Source of the DNA: Pseudomonas aeruginosa
GTDB lineage: Bacteria > Pseudomonadota > Gammaproteobacteria > Pseudomonadales > Pseudomonadaceae
DNA: 32,000 nucleotides
Direction: 5' to 3'
Assembly (NCBI RefSeq): GCF_001457615.1
Contig: NZ_LN831024.1
Span: 5,130,001 to 5,162,000 of the forward strand
This document shows positions 30,423-32,000 of the stretch, one piece after another; position 1 is the first letter of the stretch; the number at the start of each line of letters is the position of its first letter. The notes under the pieces are model-generated. The model had not been told where the DNA came from. It saw nothing but the letters and a program-made list of their open reading frames with translations, and searched no databases. Made by a program: the position numbers and the translations under genes.

Positions 30423-30550
30423 ACGCAGCGGCCGGCGGTTTTTATCCAGAAAATCTGTGGATAAATATGTGCACCGAGCCGGGATGGATCCCGCCAGCGA
30501 TGATGGCACGGGGCCTCGGCCGGATTGCTCAGGCTTTGCCCAGGCGCCGC

Positions 30551-30892
30551 TCAGGATTCCGGGCGAAACAGGTAGTCGCCGACATGCGGCCGTCGTTCGC
30601 CATTGAGTCGGCGCAGTTCGCCCTGCAGGTGCAAGCGCCAGATCGGCGGGTCGACGGCTTCGATATAGCCTTGCTGGGCCAGGCAGTCGGCAATCGCCTG
30701 CAACACCCCTTCGGCCACCAGCGGTCCGTGGAAGGGGCCCTGGGCCTTGATCGCCGAAGGCTGGGAGCCGGACATGCCGGCGGCGCAAAGCAGGGTCCAG
30801 AGTCCGTTCTCTCCGGCCAGCGGCCTGACCACGCATTCGATTCGCGTGGTCAGCCCCAGACAAGGGCGGATGAGGCAGAGGTTACGCGGCAT
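30551..30892 (-). CDS. Conserved hypothetical protein (PA4575-like)
   Basis: 113-aa [30 protein letters not shown]...; position is syntenic, and no recognised domain. Confidence 0.65.
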
Positions 30893-30988
30893 GGCGGCAT
30901 CCTCACGGGGGTTCCCAGTTTTGAGCCTACACCTGCCGCCAGGTTCCGCATAGCGCCGGCGGGAACTTGTCCACAGGGCTGAAACGCA

Positions 30989-31018
30989 CGAGGGCGGGGC
31001 TTTCCAGCCCCGCCCTCG
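30989..31018 (-). terminator. Perfect GC-rich hairpin 3' of the Lon-like protease gene, probable terminator
   Basis: CGAGGGCGGGGCT-TTCC-AGCCCCGCCCTCG, 13-bp perfect stem, 24 nt after the stop. Weak T-tract (TGCGTTTC). Confidence 0.55.
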
Positions 31019-31042
31019 ACAGGTTCCGACAGCGCGCCAGGC

Positions 31043-32000
31043 TCAGTCCTTCTTCGCCGCGGCCTTGTCCTTCGCCACGACGGTCTCTTTCTCCGCCGGT
31101 TTGTCCTTTTCCTTGTCGTCCTCTTCCATGCCGAGTTCGGATATCTCCTGCAAGCGCGCCACGACCAGATCGTTCACGCTGCCTTTCGGGAAGCGTCCCT
31201 TCTCGTCCTGGGCACCGACCGGCTTGCCCACCAGCAGCGCCAGCGCCTCGTCCACCTCGCGCACCGCGTAGACGTGGAACTGCCCGGCGCGCACCGCCTG
31301 CAACACGCGCTCGTCGAGCATCAGGGTAGTGACGTTGGCGCGCGGGATGATCACACCCTGCTCGCCGGTCAGGCCGCGCGCTTCGCAGAGGCGGAAGAAG
31401 CCCTCGATCTTCTCGTTGACGCCGCCGACCGCCTGCACCTCGCCGAACTGGTTGATCGAGCCGGTAATGGCGAAGCACTGCTTCAAGGGCGTCCGCGACA
31501 GCGCCGAGATCAGCGTGCAGACCTCGCCCAGCGAGGCGCTGTCGCCGTCCACGTAGCCGTAGGATTGTTCCAGGGCGATGCTGGCGGAGATTTCCAGGGG
31601 GAACTCCTGGGCGTAGCGGCTACCCAGGTAGCCGGTAAGGATCATCACGCCCTTGGAGTGGATCGGCTGGCCGAGGTTGACTTCGCGCTCGATATCGACG
31701 ATGCCGCTGCTGCCCGGATAGACGGTCGCGGAAATCCGCGCCGGCACGCCGAACACCGAGTCGCCCACCTCCAGCACGGTCAGTCCGTTGCACTTGCCGA
31801 CCGCGGCGCCAGCGGTGTCGATCAGGATGATCCCCGCCAGCATGTCGTCGAGGATCCGCGCCGACACCCGTCCGGTGCGGGTCTGCTTGGCCTTGAGGGC
31901 ACGCTCGATGTGGCCGAGCTGGATCACCTCCTCGTTCGCCAGCTGACGGATGAAATCGGCTTCGCTGACCAACTGGAACAGATCGCCGATCCGTGCCGAA
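31043..32000 (-). CDS. Lon-like ATP-dependent protease, C-terminal proteolytic part (5' end beyond window)
   Basis: Catalytic Ser in YGYVDGDSASLGEVCTLISALSRTPLKQCFAITGSINQFGEVQAVGGVNEKIEG with conserved Lys. The frame stays open through base 32000 (SARIGDLFQLVSEADFIRQ...), so the TTG 'start' at 31972 is not real. Confidence 0.9.
   Translation of the reverse strand, partial: SARIGDLFQLVSEADFIRQLANEEVIQLGHIERALKAKQTRTGRVSARILDDMLAGIILIDTAGAAVGKCNGLTVLEVGDSVFGVPARISATVYPGSSGIVDIEREVNLGQPIHSKGVMILTGYLGSRYAQEFPLEISASIALEQSYGYVDGDSASLGEVCTLISALSRTPLKQCFAITGSINQFGEVQAVGGVNEKIEGFFRLCEARGLTGEQGVIIPRANVTTLMLDERVLQAVRAGQFHVYAVREVDEALALLVGKPVGAQDEKGRFPKGSVNDLVVARLQEISELGMEEDDKEKDKPAEKETVVAKDKAAAKKD

Overview
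This 32 kb window is ordinary core chromosome. Protein content and gene order match Pseudomonas aeruginosa, PAO1 region about PA4545-PA4576 (recognised from memory, not searched). From left to right it carries: bamD/comL (5' truncated); a small zinc-ribbon-like ORF; pilS-pilR; thiO (minus strand); the type IV minor pilin cluster fimT-fimU-pilV-pilW-pilX-pilY1-pilY2-pilE; a minus-strand block ispH, fkpB, lspA, ileS, ribF; murJ (minus) divergent from rpsT; a CreA-family gene, proB, obg, rpmA and rplU (minus); ispB; PA4570 with its 3' sRNA region (RsmW); a multiheme cytochrome c (PA4571); an FKBP-type PPIase; and small hypothetical, UPF0114-like and Lon-like protease genes. I found no mobile element, CRISPR array, prophage or defence system. 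The most interesting non-coding signal is a near-consensus Fur box upstream of the 77-aa PA4570 ORF. It is followed by tandem hairpins that display GGA motifs in hexaloops, the known RsmA-titrating sRNA RsmW locus. Other points worth a look are a pentaheme cytochrome that looks like an ADH-type triheme module fused to a TsdA-like module, an inverted pair of DnaA-box-like 9-mers in the PA4574 promoter region, and non-canonical prepilin motifs in FimT and PilX.
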